A stretch of 64,000 nucleotides of DNA. It comes from Methanobacteriota archaeon. Lineage in GTDB: Archaea; Thermoplasmatota; E2; DHVEG-1. Every line of letters starts with the position of its first letter. Positions within the stretch are counted from its first letter, which is position 1. Both the position numbers and the translations under genes were made by a program. The stretch is taken from NCBI GenBank assembly GCA_963769885.1, contig CAVYNH010000006.1, positions 512,001 to 576,000 on the forward strand, given 5' to 3'. The notes under the pieces are model-generated. The model searched no databases, was not told where the DNA came from, and saw only the letters and a program-made list of their open reading frames with translations. Of the stretch, positions 8,200 through 18,421 are shown in pieces.

Positions 8200-8835
8200 G
8201 TGTCCGCTCTCTCGGATTTCTTCGGCATAATCGCCAACTTCATTCTGGCCACGATTTCGGTGCTGGGATATGGCGGCTTGTTTGTCATGATGGTCTTGGA
8301 GAGTATGGTGTTCCCTGCGCCATCGGAGCTGATCATGCCGTTCGCCGGGTTCATCGCCTACCAAGGGAACTTTAACTTGATTCTCGTCATCGTGGTAAGC
8401 ACGCTCGGCAGCATCGTGGGGTCGGTGGCCTCGTATTATATCGGGAAGCGGTGGGGCACGAAACTTGTGATATTGTACGGGAAGTACATGCTCATCGGTA
8501 CAGATGATCTGCAGAAGACGGAGACATGGTTCCGGAAGCGTGGTGAGCTGACGGTGTTCGTGACCAGGCTGGTGCCGGTGATTAGGCATCTGATCTCCTT
8601 GGTCGCTGGTGTGGCGGAGATGGATTTCAAGAAGTTCGTCGTGTATACGCTGCTGGGGGCGGCAGTATGGAACTCGCTGATGGCCTATTTCGGGTTCTAT
8701 CTGGGGGAGAATTGGCATTTGATTACCCAGTACGCGGATGAGATCTCCGTCGTCGTGGTTATTTTGATCATCATCGGCGGGATGTGGTTCATTGTCCGTC
8801 ATCTTCTTCGGCGACGGAAAATGCAGCTGGGGTAG
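8200..8835 (+). CDS. dedA: DedA family membrane protein
   Basis: ESMVFPAPSE, RLVPVIRHLIS.VAG motifs. Confidence 0.92.
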   Translation: MSALSDFFGIIANFILATISVLGYGGLFVMMVLESMVFPAPSELIMPFAGFIAYQGNFNLILVIVVSTLGSIVGSVASYYIGKRWGTKLVILYGKYMLIGTDDLQKTETWFRKRGELTVFVTRLVPVIRHLISLVAGVAEMDFKKFVVYTLLGAAVWNSLMAYFGFYLGENWHLITQYADEISVVVVILIIIGGMWFIVRHLLRRRKMQLG

Positions 8836-9033
8836 GAAGCTTCCTTCTTTGTTTCGCTTTGAACAAAAATCTTATTGGTTCTGTGCGGGATTCAGGTCTT
8901 CATCCTAGTGGGACTGCATGAGTGATTCACCGAATCGGCTATGGTAATTCTTGTTCCAGTGGCGTCCTATGGATAAATCGGGGGTCGGTCCAAAAATAAA
9001 GGTGAGGGTTTTAGGAGATTCCCTAGACGAGAA

Positions 9034-9106
9034 TGGGCCCGTTGAGATTTGAACTCAAGTCACTTGCACCCCAAGCAAGAAGGATACCAAGCTACCCCAC
9101 GGGCCC
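9034..9106 (-). tRNA. tRNA-Pro(GGG)
   Basis: Reverse complement GGGCCCG...CTTGC-TT-GGG-GT-GCAAG...GAGTTCAAATCTC..CGGGCCC-A. Confidence 0.96.
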
Positions 9107-9251
9107 AGGAGAAACTGGCCGGGTGCTGACCAAGGGTGCATGCTGACAAGCCTTAATATAGTTTTTACTCACCCAGACAATATATTATTCTTCTTTCCTT
9201 AGTGAAAGCGAGACCTGAGCCAAGGGTGTTTCCGTAAACCGATATTTTAAT

Positions 9252-10433
9252 ATGCAAGGACCTCATTCGTTACAATGGAGGAGGACGCCCCTGATAAGGC
9301 AATATTTACTACAAAAGCACTCTCTTAAGATGAGTTGGCTCTTGATTATATTGGTTATGGCATCGATGTTGTTTACAAATATCCCTACCATGCCGGTGCG
9401 TGGAACCCATTGCAGTCTCGATTATACGCACGACGTCAGCATCACCATCACAGCGCCGACAAAAGCCATCCACTACAAAGCGCCAGGCACGCAAAATATC
9501 AGCGGCACCGCTAAAAACAATGGGACTTCCCCTGAGACTGGGCTCGTCGCAACAGCCGCCTTCAACAATTCCGCCCATGAGTACTACAACAATTCCATCA
9601 GCGGAATCACCCTCGCGGCCGGTGACCAACAAGAGCTTTCCTTCCCTAACTTCACGTTCATGTGTGAGGACGTCTACACCCTCCGAATGAGCCTACCACT
9701 CGCCACCGACGAGGATCCGACCAACAACGCTCAGAGCATCACCCTCGGCATTGACGCCACCCCGCCCGTCGTCCAGATCATCGTCGACCCCCCGAACCCG
9801 AACGGACAGAACGGCTGGTACATCACCAACCCCAGCATCAGTTTCAACGTCTACGATCCTCCTTTGAATGGAACGAGCGTCCCAGGATCGGGAATCGCCA
9901 GCATCATGTTCAAGATTGACGACGGGTGTTGGATGACATACACAGGACCATTTGTCATTACAGCTGACGGCACGCATAGCATCACAGTCATGGCAATTGA
10001 CAGAGTCGGCAATATAGGGATGTCGGAAATCTTATCCTATAAAGTCGACACCCATAACCCAACAATCACCCTGAGCAAGAAGATAGGGTTCAATTCAATT
10101 ACTTTCACCGCAAACGTCTCTGATTTCGGCAGCGGCGTAGAACGGGTCGTCTTTTCCACGGATTATGAACAAGTAACCATCTATGAGCCTGGCCCATACA
10201 TCTGGAGGCTCAGCCCCATACCGGGCCCAAACGGAACCAACGTGAAGGCCCAAGTCTTTGACTACGCCGGCCGCAGCTCTATCGTATTTTCGGGATCCAT
10301 CACCCCTCAAGCCGCACCACAGCCTCAGCAATGCCAGAGCACACTCTTATGCTGGGCAAACGCTCGAGGAAGACCCCAACTCATCTTGGGCCGGTACCAT
10401 ATCTCTGGTAGAAACATCATTACTCTGTCCTAA
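9252..10433 (+). CDS. Secreted multi-Ig-fold protein (CARDB/OmpL47-like modules); start uncertain (CTG 9291 or ATG 9330)
   Basis: Signal-like hydrophobic stretch; DEDPTNN, PNGQNGWY, GTHSITVMAIDRVGN modules. Confidence 0.75.
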   Translation: MQGPHSLQWRRTPLIRQYLLQKHSLKMSWLLIILVMASMLFTNIPTMPVRGTHCSLDYTHDVSITITAPTKAIHYKAPGTQNISGTAKNNGTSPETGLVATAAFNNSAHEYYNNSISGITLAAGDQQELSFPNFTFMCEDVYTLRMSLPLATDEDPTNNAQSITLGIDATPPVVQIIVDPPNPNGQNGWYITNPSISFNVYDPPLNGTSVPGSGIASIMFKIDDGCWMTYTGPFVITADGTHSITVMAIDRVGNIGMSEILSYKVDTHNPTITLSKKIGFNSITFTANVSDFGSGVERVVFSTDYEQVTIYEPGPYIWRLSPIPGPNGTNVKAQVFDYAGRSSIVFSGSITPQAAPQPQQCQSTLLCWANARGRPQLILGRYHISGRNIITLS

Positions 10434-10595
10434 TCGCGACCAGAACCTTCAGGGAGGTCTATTTCGTCGTCTTTCAAGAGACCTTTGCCGAAGTTGACGC
10501 TACCCACCCCTTTAAGGGTCAGAGCCACATCACGTGGTCCGCACGCTCTTTTTCACATCCTTTAATATCATCCACTTGCTTCCCCATAGACAACC

Positions 10596-10868
10596 ATGAA
10601 CATCGACCCCATCACCCTCATCGGCGTCGCCGCCGGCGCCATCACCTCCATCGGCTTCATCCCCCAGATCCTCAAAGGCCTCAGGACCAAACGACTCACC
10701 GACGTCTCCTACGGCATGCCCGCACTCCTCGCCTTCGGCATGGGCCTGTGGCTCTCCTACGGCATCCTCCGTGATGACGTGGCCATCATCGCCGCCAACG
10801 CCGTCGGCGTCACCTGCAACCTCCTCCTCGTCATCCTCAAATACCGATACGACCACCCCCGCCCCTAA
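10596..10868 (+). CDS. SemiSWEET / PQ-loop transporter
   Basis: FIPQILK, DVS, WLSYG, IIAAN motifs; 3 TM helices. Confidence 0.9.
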   Translation: MNIDPITLIGVAAGAITSIGFIPQILKGLRTKRLTDVSYGMPALLAFGMGLWLSYGILRDDVAIIAANAVGVTCNLLLVILKYRYDHPRP

Positions 10869-10973
10869 CCGGCAATTATTAAATACTACCGCCCCGCATA
10901 TCCCCGCCTGCCTCAGGGAAACACCCCCCTCAGACCTCCAGAGGACGTCCCTCTGGCCACGCTGCGAGACCGC

Positions 10974-11597
10974 ATGACCACTCCTCAGCCCACCCGCTCT
11001 CGCTCGACCCTTGCGGTCCTCATTAAACTCATCTCCAACTCGTTCTGGGAATTCGCCGACTACTGCGCCTACAAAAGCGAAGGCGCCGCCCGCCTCTACG
11101 ACAACCGCATCGGCGGCGACTACAAAGAAGAATACGAACGCTGCGGCATCGCGACCGCAGTCAACATCCTCCACATCGGCTGCGGCGCCTACCCTCTCAC
11201 CGAGATGGTCCTCGCCTCCGTCAGCTACGGACATGTCACCGGCATCGACAAAAACCCCTCCACCGTCACCAAAGCCCAACACGTCATCACCCGCCGACGC
11301 CTCACCGACCGCATCACCATCCACCACGGCGACGGCCTCACCTACCCGATCACCGCCTTCGACGCCGTCATTGTCTCCAGCTGCAGCATCCCCAAAATCG
11401 AGATCCTCGAACACCTCTCACAGACCACTAGCCCCCGCACCAACATCATCGTCCGCGAAGTCGACATCGCCTGCGCCGACATCGACCACTTCCTCGCCTC
11501 CCACCCCGAGATGACCACCCTGCAGCGCATCCGCCACAACCCCTTCCCATTCATCGAACCCATGGGCTGGGTCACCTTCCATATCCAGAAGCGATAA
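10974..11597 (+). CDS. Nicotianamine-synthase-like class I SAM-dependent transferase (copy 1)
   Basis: ILHIGCGAYPLT resembles NAS FIG(S/G)GPLPLT; GID, GDG, FDAVIV, IIVR. Confidence 0.65.
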   Translation: MTTPQPTRSRSTLAVLIKLISNSFWEFADYCAYKSEGAARLYDNRIGGDYKEEYERCGIATAVNILHIGCGAYPLTEMVLASVSYGHVTGIDKNPSTVTKAQHVITRRRLTDRITIHHGDGLTYPITAFDAVIVSSCSIPKIEILEHLSQTTSPRTNIIVREVDIACADIDHFLASHPEMTTLQRIRHNPFPFIEPMGWVTFHIQKR

Positions 11598-11635
11598 TCT
11601 TTTTACCATCCCTCTTCGTTTCCCTCCTCGACCCA

Positions 11636-12658
11636 ATGCCTGATCAAACCCCGACCGAGACCCAACCTCGGTATCACAACCGCATCCTCAATTTCATAGC
11701 CACCTGGCGGTCCTTCCCTGCCTATGAGATGCTCAGCTACCTCTTCATGTACGCAGGCGCGGTCATGTTCGCCTACGGCATCCATCGCTACACCCCCCAG
11801 ACCTACCTCATCCTTATCCTAGCAATGGCGACGATGTACGCCGGATTCTTCGCCGCCGTCATCTGGAACGACATCACGGACCAGGACATCGACGCGGTCG
11901 TCCACCCGAACCGACCCATTCCTGGGAGCCGGATCTCACCGCGGCGGTTCTTCGCCATCGCCCTGGTATTCTCCGCCATGACGTTCCTGTTCGCCCTCCT
12001 CGTCAGCCCCTGGTGCTTCATCCTCGTGGGGACCGCCGCGCTCTTCGTCGCCGTCCACAACAAGTATCTGAAAAAAATAGTGAAATTTCCTGCTTACTCC
12101 GAGATTTTCACCCCGGTGCAATGGATCGTCGTCCCCTTATTCGGCTTCTTCGCCGTCTGGTCCGCGCTCCCAACTTGTGTGGATTTCACGATCACCGCGC
12201 CCCTGCTCGGCTCGTTGTCGATCGCGCGGGCGGACCTGCTGCCCATGGCCCTACTCGTGTTGTTTACCTATTTCACGGACGATGCCCATGACCTCGCGGA
12301 AGGCATCCATGATGCCGACGGCGACCGCCGGACCGGCGTGCGGACCTACGCGACCTCGTTCGGGCCACGGGTTGCGGCAGCCGTCTCGTTTTCCATGTTC
12401 CTCCTCTCCGGCATCCTCGGAATCCTCCTCTATCTCTACTCACTCCTCACCTTGGTTTTCCTTCTCCCATTCCTCGCCTTCTGGGGATACACGCTCTTCT
12501 TCTCTATCCAGTTGCTGCGGGAAAAAGATCCACAGCAACAAAAAGACATCGGGACAATCGTCGGCAGAAAAGGCTACAACCTTCTGTTGGTATCCTACGT
12601 GCTCATCTTCGTCGACGTCCTCATCCAGCTTCTGCTTAGCACGCCGAGAGGCTGCTAA
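11636..12658 (+). CDS. UbiA-family prenyltransferase (copy 1)
   Basis: NDITDQDID, RPIPG, second Asp-rich motif DDAHDLAEGIHDADGD; polytopic. Confidence 0.9.
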   Translation: MPDQTPTETQPRYHNRILNFIATWRSFPAYEMLSYLFMYAGAVMFAYGIHRYTPQTYLILILAMATMYAGFFAAVIWNDITDQDIDAVVHPNRPIPGSRISPRRFFAIALVFSAMTFLFALLVSPWCFILVGTAALFVAVHNKYLKKIVKFPAYSEIFTPVQWIVVPLFGFFAVWSALPTCVDFTITAPLLGSLSIARADLLPMALLVLFTYFTDDAHDLAEGIHDADGDRRTGVRTYATSFGPRVAAAVSFSMFLLSGILGILLYLYSLLTLVFLLPFLAFWGYTLFFSIQLLREKDPQQQKDIGTIVGRKGYNLLLVSYVLIFVDVLIQLLLSTPRGC

Positions 12659-13581
12659 ACAGTTGGGGCGAGGAGCTTGAGAAGGAGCGCCAGCTGCGCC
12701 CACAGCCGGTTCTCCGCCTCGTCGATGATAACGGACTGCGGGCCATGGGCCACGTCCTTGGTGACCTCTTCGCCGTAATAAATGGGCATGCAGTGCATGA
12801 AGATGGCGTCGGGCTTCGCCTTGCTCATCACCTCGGCGGTGACCGTATAGTCTTTGAGGTCCGCGAGGCGTTTCTTGCGATCCTGTTCGTACCAAAACGA
12901 GACCCAGGTGTCAGTCGCCACGACATCGGATGAGGCGACGGCATCGAGATCCGAGGTCACGGTAATGGTATGGTGCTTCGCTGCCGCGATCTCTTTCGCC
13001 TTCTGCACGTAAGAGTCGGCAGGCCAATAGGCCTTCGGGGCGATCACGGTCACGTCCATGCCCGTCAAGGCACAGCCGAGGAGGTAGGAATGCGTGAGAT
13101 TATCATCGCCGTCGCCGATGAAGGTGAAGTGAAGGCCCTCCAACCGGCCTTTTTTCTCCTTGATGGTCATGAGGTCCGCGAGGATCTGGCAAGGATGCTC
13201 GTACCGGTCCAGACCGTTGATGACGGGGACGGTCGCAGCCGCCGCGAGCCCTTGGAGCCTCTTTTCATCGATCGCCCGGTACATGATGGCGTCCACGTAG
13301 CGGGACATGACCAAGGCGACATCCTCGGGCGTCTCCCGGGTGCCGATGCCGATTTCGTCCTTTGAGAGAAAGATTGCATGGCCACCGAGCATCGTCATGC
13401 CGACTTCGAAGGAGATCCGGGTGCGGGTCGAGGCCCGCTCGAAGATCATGGCAAGGGTCTTCCCCTGGAGGTACGGGGTGTGCTTCCCGGCTTTCTTCAC
13501 CTGTTTTAGGCGGATGCCGAGGTCGATGATGCTGGTGATCTCGTCTTTCACATCGAGGATTGAAAGCACGTTTTTCTTCAT
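12655..13581 (-). CDS. argF: Ornithine carbamoyltransferase
   Basis: STRTR, HPCQ, DTWVS, HCMP, AENR motifs; start ATG 13581. Confidence 0.93.
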   Translation of the reverse strand: MKKNVLSILDVKDEITSIIDLGIRLKQVKKAGKHTPYLQGKTLAMIFERASTRTRISFEVGMTMLGGHAIFLSKDEIGIGTRETPEDVALVMSRYVDAIMYRAIDEKRLQGLAAAATVPVINGLDRYEHPCQILADLMTIKEKKGRLEGLHFTFIGDGDDNLTHSYLLGCALTGMDVTVIAPKAYWPADSYVQKAKEIAAAKHHTITVTSDLDAVASSDVVATDTWVSFWYEQDRKKRLADLKDYTVTAEVMSKAKPDAIFMHCMPIYYGEEVTKDVAHGPQSVIIDEAENRLWAQLALLLKLLAPTV

Positions 13582-13648
13582 GGAAGCAGGCTCCTTGTGA
13601 AATCCCCCTCCGTATATTAAGATTGTGAAGACCACCGAATCCAGAGCC

Positions 13649-14956
13649 TTATGGGAGGACGGTCTCCCTCGGGATCGAACTCGGATTAATTGCGGTATGC
13701 TGCCTGGAGAACCGGGGAGGGATGAGCTGCAGGGTCGTCGAGGTCTTCCTCTTCTTCGGATGCGACTCGACCTCCATCGTCAGCCCGAGGCCTTTGGGGG
13801 GTTTGAGGAAGGTGAAGCGGACGGCGCTGTGCCCATGCCGGGGTGCCTCGCGTAGGGGCTCGTTCTTGCACAGGCCCGTGAGAGGGACCGCATGGTCGCG
13901 GTCGGTGAAGGTGCCCTCGATTCTGCCGGGGAGTTCGCAGAGGACGTAGGCGGTGAAGAACTTCTTTCGTCTGGGGAGGTCGATGTATTCGTAGGATTCG
14001 CAGGTGGAGGTGAAGCGGAGGCGGAGGGTCTTGTCGTCGAGCCTGCCGAAGAGTTCGAGGTCGCTGGGGTAGTAGACGTCGTGGTCTTTGATGTAGCGGA
14101 CCTTGTTGTATTTGAAGTGGAGGTCGCAGAATTCGAGGTAGTGTCTGCCGTCGGCGGTGAGGTAGAGGGGGCCGAAGCAGGGGCCCTGGGTGAGCCAGAG
14201 GAGGGTGTTGCCGAAGAAGAAGCTCCAGTCGTTGTCGAAGACGCCCCAGAGCCAGTCGAAGCTCATCGGGTTGTTGTCGGTGGCGAAGCCGATCTTGGTG
14301 GGGAGATGGTGGTGGTGTTGGGAGAGCCACCAGTAGCCGAGGCGCAGGTAGGTGCCTAGGGTTTTGGGGACGCCGCTGACGGCCTGTAGCGGGTTTTCGT
14401 AGGACCAGTTGCCGTAGGCGTGCTCGAAGTAGCCTTTGCCGGTGAGAGTACGAGTCATCCCTTGGTGGGTCATGGTGCCGGTGAGGGTGAGGTGGGGGAT
14501 GAAGCCGTAGCGGTAGTGGTTCAGGCCAGCGGGGATGTAGCCGTTGGTGGTTTCCTGGGTGATCCAGTGGGGCAGCGCGCGGGCATCCAGGGTGATGTCA
14601 GCGGAAAAGGCGGCGTCCGGGTCGTGGAGGCGGAGGCGGTACTGTGGGTACAAGCCCTGCAGCGTGTTGTGTTTGTACCGCAGGTCGACGCGGTTCTTCA
14701 CGGTCGTAAGCTCGGTGAGAGGATCGTTAAGGTCTTTGTGCAGGACGCACTTGTGTGTGGTGAGGTCGAAGAGGACGTGTTGGTAGAAGCAGGAGGGCGG
14801 CTCGTGGGTGACGGCGAACGAGGTCATCAGGTTCCAGAGGTGCTGGTCCTCCGGTGTCGTGAAGAAGAGCTCCGTGGTCCACCATTCCTTGCGGATGGGG
14901 GCATGGTCGCCTTCATCCTCGAGGGTCCAGGGGTTCATGGGGTCGCGTGGTTCCAT
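13649..14956 (-). CDS. CrtC/AttH/tocopherol-cyclase-like double-lipocalin protein (copy 1)
   Basis: EGDH...EWW, G.GYFEHAYG, FDWLW, YP..L.L pattern of the CrtC-like fold. Confidence 0.6.
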   Translation of the reverse strand: MEPRDPMNPWTLEDEGDHAPIRKEWWTTELFFTTPEDQHLWNLMTSFAVTHEPPSCFYQHVLFDLTTHKCVLHKDLNDPLTELTTVKNRVDLRYKHNTLQGLYPQYRLRLHDPDAAFSADITLDARALPHWITQETTNGYIPAGLNHYRYGFIPHLTLTGTMTHQGMTRTLTGKGYFEHAYGNWSYENPLQAVSGVPKTLGTYLRLGYWWLSQHHHHLPTKIGFATDNNPMSFDWLWGVFDNDWSFFFGNTLLWLTQGPCFGPLYLTADGRHYLEFCDLHFKYNKVRYIKDHDVYYPSDLELFGRLDDKTLRLRFTSTCESYEYIDLPRRKKFFTAYVLCELPGRIEGTFTDRDHAVPLTGLCKNEPLREAPRHGHSAVRFTFLKPPKGLGLTMEVESHPKKRKTSTTLQLIPPRFSRQHTAINPSSIPRETVLP

Positions 14957-15091
14957 AGCAACGGCTCTTGCGCGCCTTCGACATGCCGGCGCGGAAATAT
15001 AACCTTTGTCTCCCTTCGGTTGATAGGGAAGGAGGATTTTATTGAGTCTCATCAAAGGAATAAGAAAAAAGAAATCAGGCGTATTGCCTGA

Positions 15092-16003
15092 TTAATTGAT
15101 TACGTTGAACTGCCAAGAGGTGGCGAGCACGTGTTGATCGCTATCGACTAAGATGTTGCCGTTGGGGTCACGGAACGCGGCATAGACACGGTACACGCCC
15201 TCGCCATTCTTTAAATCCCCTGCCCGGACAAGACCATTGAAAATCTGGTCCAAGGCAAGCTGCTGCCCCGGTCCAATCATCCTGGGACTCGTTTCATTGA
15301 CCACATCATTATCAAGGATCCATTCCTTGGAATCATGGAACTGCACTTGAATCGAGAGATACCCACTGAGATTCGTGGTTCCCGTATTCTTGATCTTCGA
15401 CTGGTTCTCATGGACGATAACAAGCCTTGGCGCGAAATCAGCTCCTTGTTCACTGTTGAAGAAGTCGACGTATTCATCCCCGGTCGGTTGCAGAGCGCAG
15501 ATGTCACGGCTGCTGCGCAGGCAGAGCTTCGTCCAATGGCTTATATTGATCCATTTCTGGCTTCTGTTACCGATGAGCTCAATGTCGTTGTACCCTTCGA
15601 CGAGATTAGCGGTATTCAAGGTCCCACTAATGTTGCTGTAATATGCTTTGTTATAATCTGTTGACTCAAGAGGATCTTTGGGGTGATCCGGCTGCCCGCT
15701 CTGAACCTGGATATTGAAATCGGTGTCGGAGTTATCGCCAGCATTATAGAGACTGAGTGTCACATTGCGGATGACCATGTTGCTGGGAAGCATCGACGTA
15801 TTGAAATACACATAGCCACGGTTGATAGTATAGGTCTGGGAGACCTTGCTTTGGCCGATAAAAATATCATAACAGGGTGTCCATACTGCGCCGTTCTCTG
15901 ATGTCGCCTGCCATGCATCAATATAATTCTCTTCAGAATGGTGGAGAAAGCCATCACTACTGCTGGAATCCACGATCAATGTTGGATCAATGATGACCGG
16001 GCT
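15092..16003 (-). pseudogene. 5'-truncated fragment of an AT-rich secreted protein (DNRLRE-like beta domain)
   Basis: Begins at PVIIDPT, has RGYVYFNTS...NVTLSLY and PRLVI; N-terminus runs into the IS fragment; no signal peptide or proper start. Confidence 0.65.
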
Positions 16004-16710
16004 GGCTGCTGGAGACGGTCCCCGATGCGAACACCGCACAGGACCACATCGGGGACATCCCCGTCGCCTACCTCGCCGACCTGTTGCAGGAGACCGTCCG
16101 CGACATGGATGGATGCGGGATGACCGTGATCATCGACGCCACCGGGCTGTCGTTGAACCAGTACGGCCAGTGGATCCGCGTACGGAATGGGAAGCGGAAG
16201 GCGAAACGGAAATTCATCAAGGTCCACCTCGCCGTGGACAAAGGCAGCGGCAAGATCCTTGTCGGCCTCAGCTCCAAAGGCTGGAAGCATGACCACAAGT
16301 TTGGGGTCATGCTCGTCAAAGCGCTCCGCAGGCTCACGGCACGGTCCGGCGGGACAATCAAAGCAGAGCTGATGGACTCAGGGTATCTCTCACGGGAGAT
16401 GACCGATGAGGTCGAGCGATCCCAAGCGAAGCCGTACATCAAGATGAAGAGCAACTCGACCACGAAGGCCCGGCGGAGCCGGGCATGGAGGCAGAACATC
16501 CGCCTCCAGAAAAACCACCCGGAAGAGTTCATGAAAGAATACTGCTATCGGGTGGTCATCGAAGGGATTATCTCTGCCTTCAAGCGGGTGTTCGGATCGA
16601 TGCTGGCGTCGAAGAAACGACGCCATCAAGACATCGAGGTGCTTTGCAGGCTCATTCTATGGAACTGTATGCACTAAAACAGGAGGAAGAACGAATTTAC
16701 GGGCAACACT
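15997..16710 (+). mobile_element. 5'-truncated IS5-family (ISH1/IS903-like) element; transposase remnant 15997-16677
   Basis: DDE motifs IIDATGL, KVHLAVD, MDSGYLS, RVVIEGIISAFKRVFG; GC-rich block within AT-rich DNA. Confidence 0.85.
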
Positions 16711-16764
16711 AAAAGAGTCTTAAGTTTTAAATAATCGAAGTGTAATTATTTATCTGAGATAATC

Positions 16765-18303
16765 ATGATAAAGAAGAAAAATCATTTTTATTTCTTATTT
16801 ACTTTGTTGATAATTTTTTTTCAATTTGAAATAATAAATTTTTCTTATGCAATAAATATTGAAAAAAATCAACAATGGCCTATGTTTCATTATAATATAC
16901 AACGAACTGGAAGATGCTCTTTCGGTGTAAACCCACAAAATAGTACTCCTATTGTTAAATGGAAATATTTCACAACAAATATGGGATCTCTATCATCGCC
17001 TGCAATAGATGACAATGGTATACTCTATATTGGAACCTATGATTTACACAAGAGCTTTTTTGCCATAAATAAAAATGGGACAGAAAAATGGCATTTTGAT
17101 GCTGGTGACCTAGTTCGATCTTCCCCAGCTATCGGATCTGATGGAACAATTTATTTCGGTGCAGATAACGGTAATCTCTACGCTCTCTTACCAAATGGCA
17201 CTTTAAAATGGTGTATCAATCTTGGACTCGGATGGGTTATATCTTCACCGGTAATCGATAGCAATGGAGTTATATACGCAGCCTCGACAGCAAGCAGCAT
17301 GTTTTATGCTATATACCCTAATGGAACTTTAAAATGGTCCTTTCAAACGAATGACTGGATTTACTCATCACCTGCAATATCTGAAGATGGAACGATTTAT
17401 TTTGGTGCGAACGATCATTATCTCTACGCCATTTCACCTAATGGCTCGATGAAATGGAGATATAGTGCAGGACAGGAAATTCAATCCACCCCAAGTATTG
17501 ACTCTGCAGGTAATATTTACTTTGGTTCCTGGGATGATAACCTCTACGCTCTTTATCCTAATGGCACATTAAAATGGAAGATAAATGCAGGTGGCACCAT
17601 CGACGATTCATCCCCGGCAATTTCTGAGAACGGGACAATCTACATTGGTACGCTGAAAGGAGATATCCTAAGCGTTAGTCCAGGGGGGCATCTCAATTGG
17701 AGATATAGGACAGGGGACGAGATTTATTCATCACCAGCCATCGACCGCTATGGCATCATCTATTGTGGTTCATGCGATGGATATCTTTATGCATGCAATC
17801 CCAATGGAACGCTTCATTGGAGATTCAATCTAGGGTATCCAGTTATGTCCTCACCGGCTATTGACGAAAACGGAACCACTTATATCGCATGTTGGGGGCC
17901 ATATATATACGCCTTGTCCATCATTTACGATAATCATCCTTCTAAGCCTTCTATCAACGGTCAAGTAAACGGAAAAATAAACTATCCATATAACTATACT
18001 ATTGTCTCAACTGATATTGACAACGATAACATCTCCTACTACGTCAACTGGGGCGACGGCACCACCACCAACTGGACCACCCCCACCCACTCAAGCCAAC
18101 AGGTCATCCTATCGCACACCTGGCAGAAACGAGGCTCGTACACTATCAAGACAAAGGCCCAGGACGAACACGGCATGGAAAGCGACTGGGCCACCCTCAC
18201 CGTGAAGATGCCGTACCAGCCACCAAACTTCCCAATCTTACACTGGCTTTTGGACCGGTTCCCCAATGCCTTCCCCCTGCTTCACAGACTCTTCGGGTAT
18301 TAG
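16765..18303 (+). CDS. Secreted PQQ-like beta-propeller protein with PKD domain and FPNAFP C-terminal tail
   Basis: Signal peptide, WPMF, about eight SSPAI..DGTIY.G...LYA..PNGTLKW repeats, WGDG PKD motif, LLDRFPNAFPLLH tail. Confidence 0.9.
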   Translation: MIKKKNHFYFLFTLLIIFFQFEIINFSYAINIEKNQQWPMFHYNIQRTGRCSFGVNPQNSTPIVKWKYFTTNMGSLSSPAIDDNGILYIGTYDLHKSFFAINKNGTEKWHFDAGDLVRSSPAIGSDGTIYFGADNGNLYALLPNGTLKWCINLGLGWVISSPVIDSNGVIYAASTASSMFYAIYPNGTLKWSFQTNDWIYSSPAISEDGTIYFGANDHYLYAISPNGSMKWRYSAGQEIQSTPSIDSAGNIYFGSWDDNLYALYPNGTLKWKINAGGTIDDSSPAISENGTIYIGTLKGDILSVSPGGHLNWRYRTGDEIYSSPAIDRYGIIYCGSCDGYLYACNPNGTLHWRFNLGYPVMSSPAIDENGTTYIACWGPYIYALSIIYDNHPSKPSINGQVNGKINYPYNYTIVSTDIDNDNISYYVNWGDGTTTNWTTPTHSSQQVILSHTWQKRGSYTIKTKAQDEHGMESDWATLTVKMPYQPPNFPILHWLLDRFPNAFPLLHRLFGY

Positions 18304-18421
18304 GCTCTCATTTATCAAGTAAGAAACGGAGACATGATACCTTATCCTTTTCCTCTTTTTCCTCATTCAAATACTTGCACTGCTTAAAGGTTTATATGCG
18401 TTCGGTGAATTCATCCAATCC

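Noticed and set aside
4646-9106. tRNA-anchored integrated element
   Set aside because: No integrase and no duplicated tRNA 3' end noticed; flanking genes are host-like.
16990-17910. Repeats of about 120 bp as a possible array or diversity-generating cassette
   Set aside because: They are degenerate coding repeats of beta-propeller blades; no reverse transcriptase or template repeat was seen.
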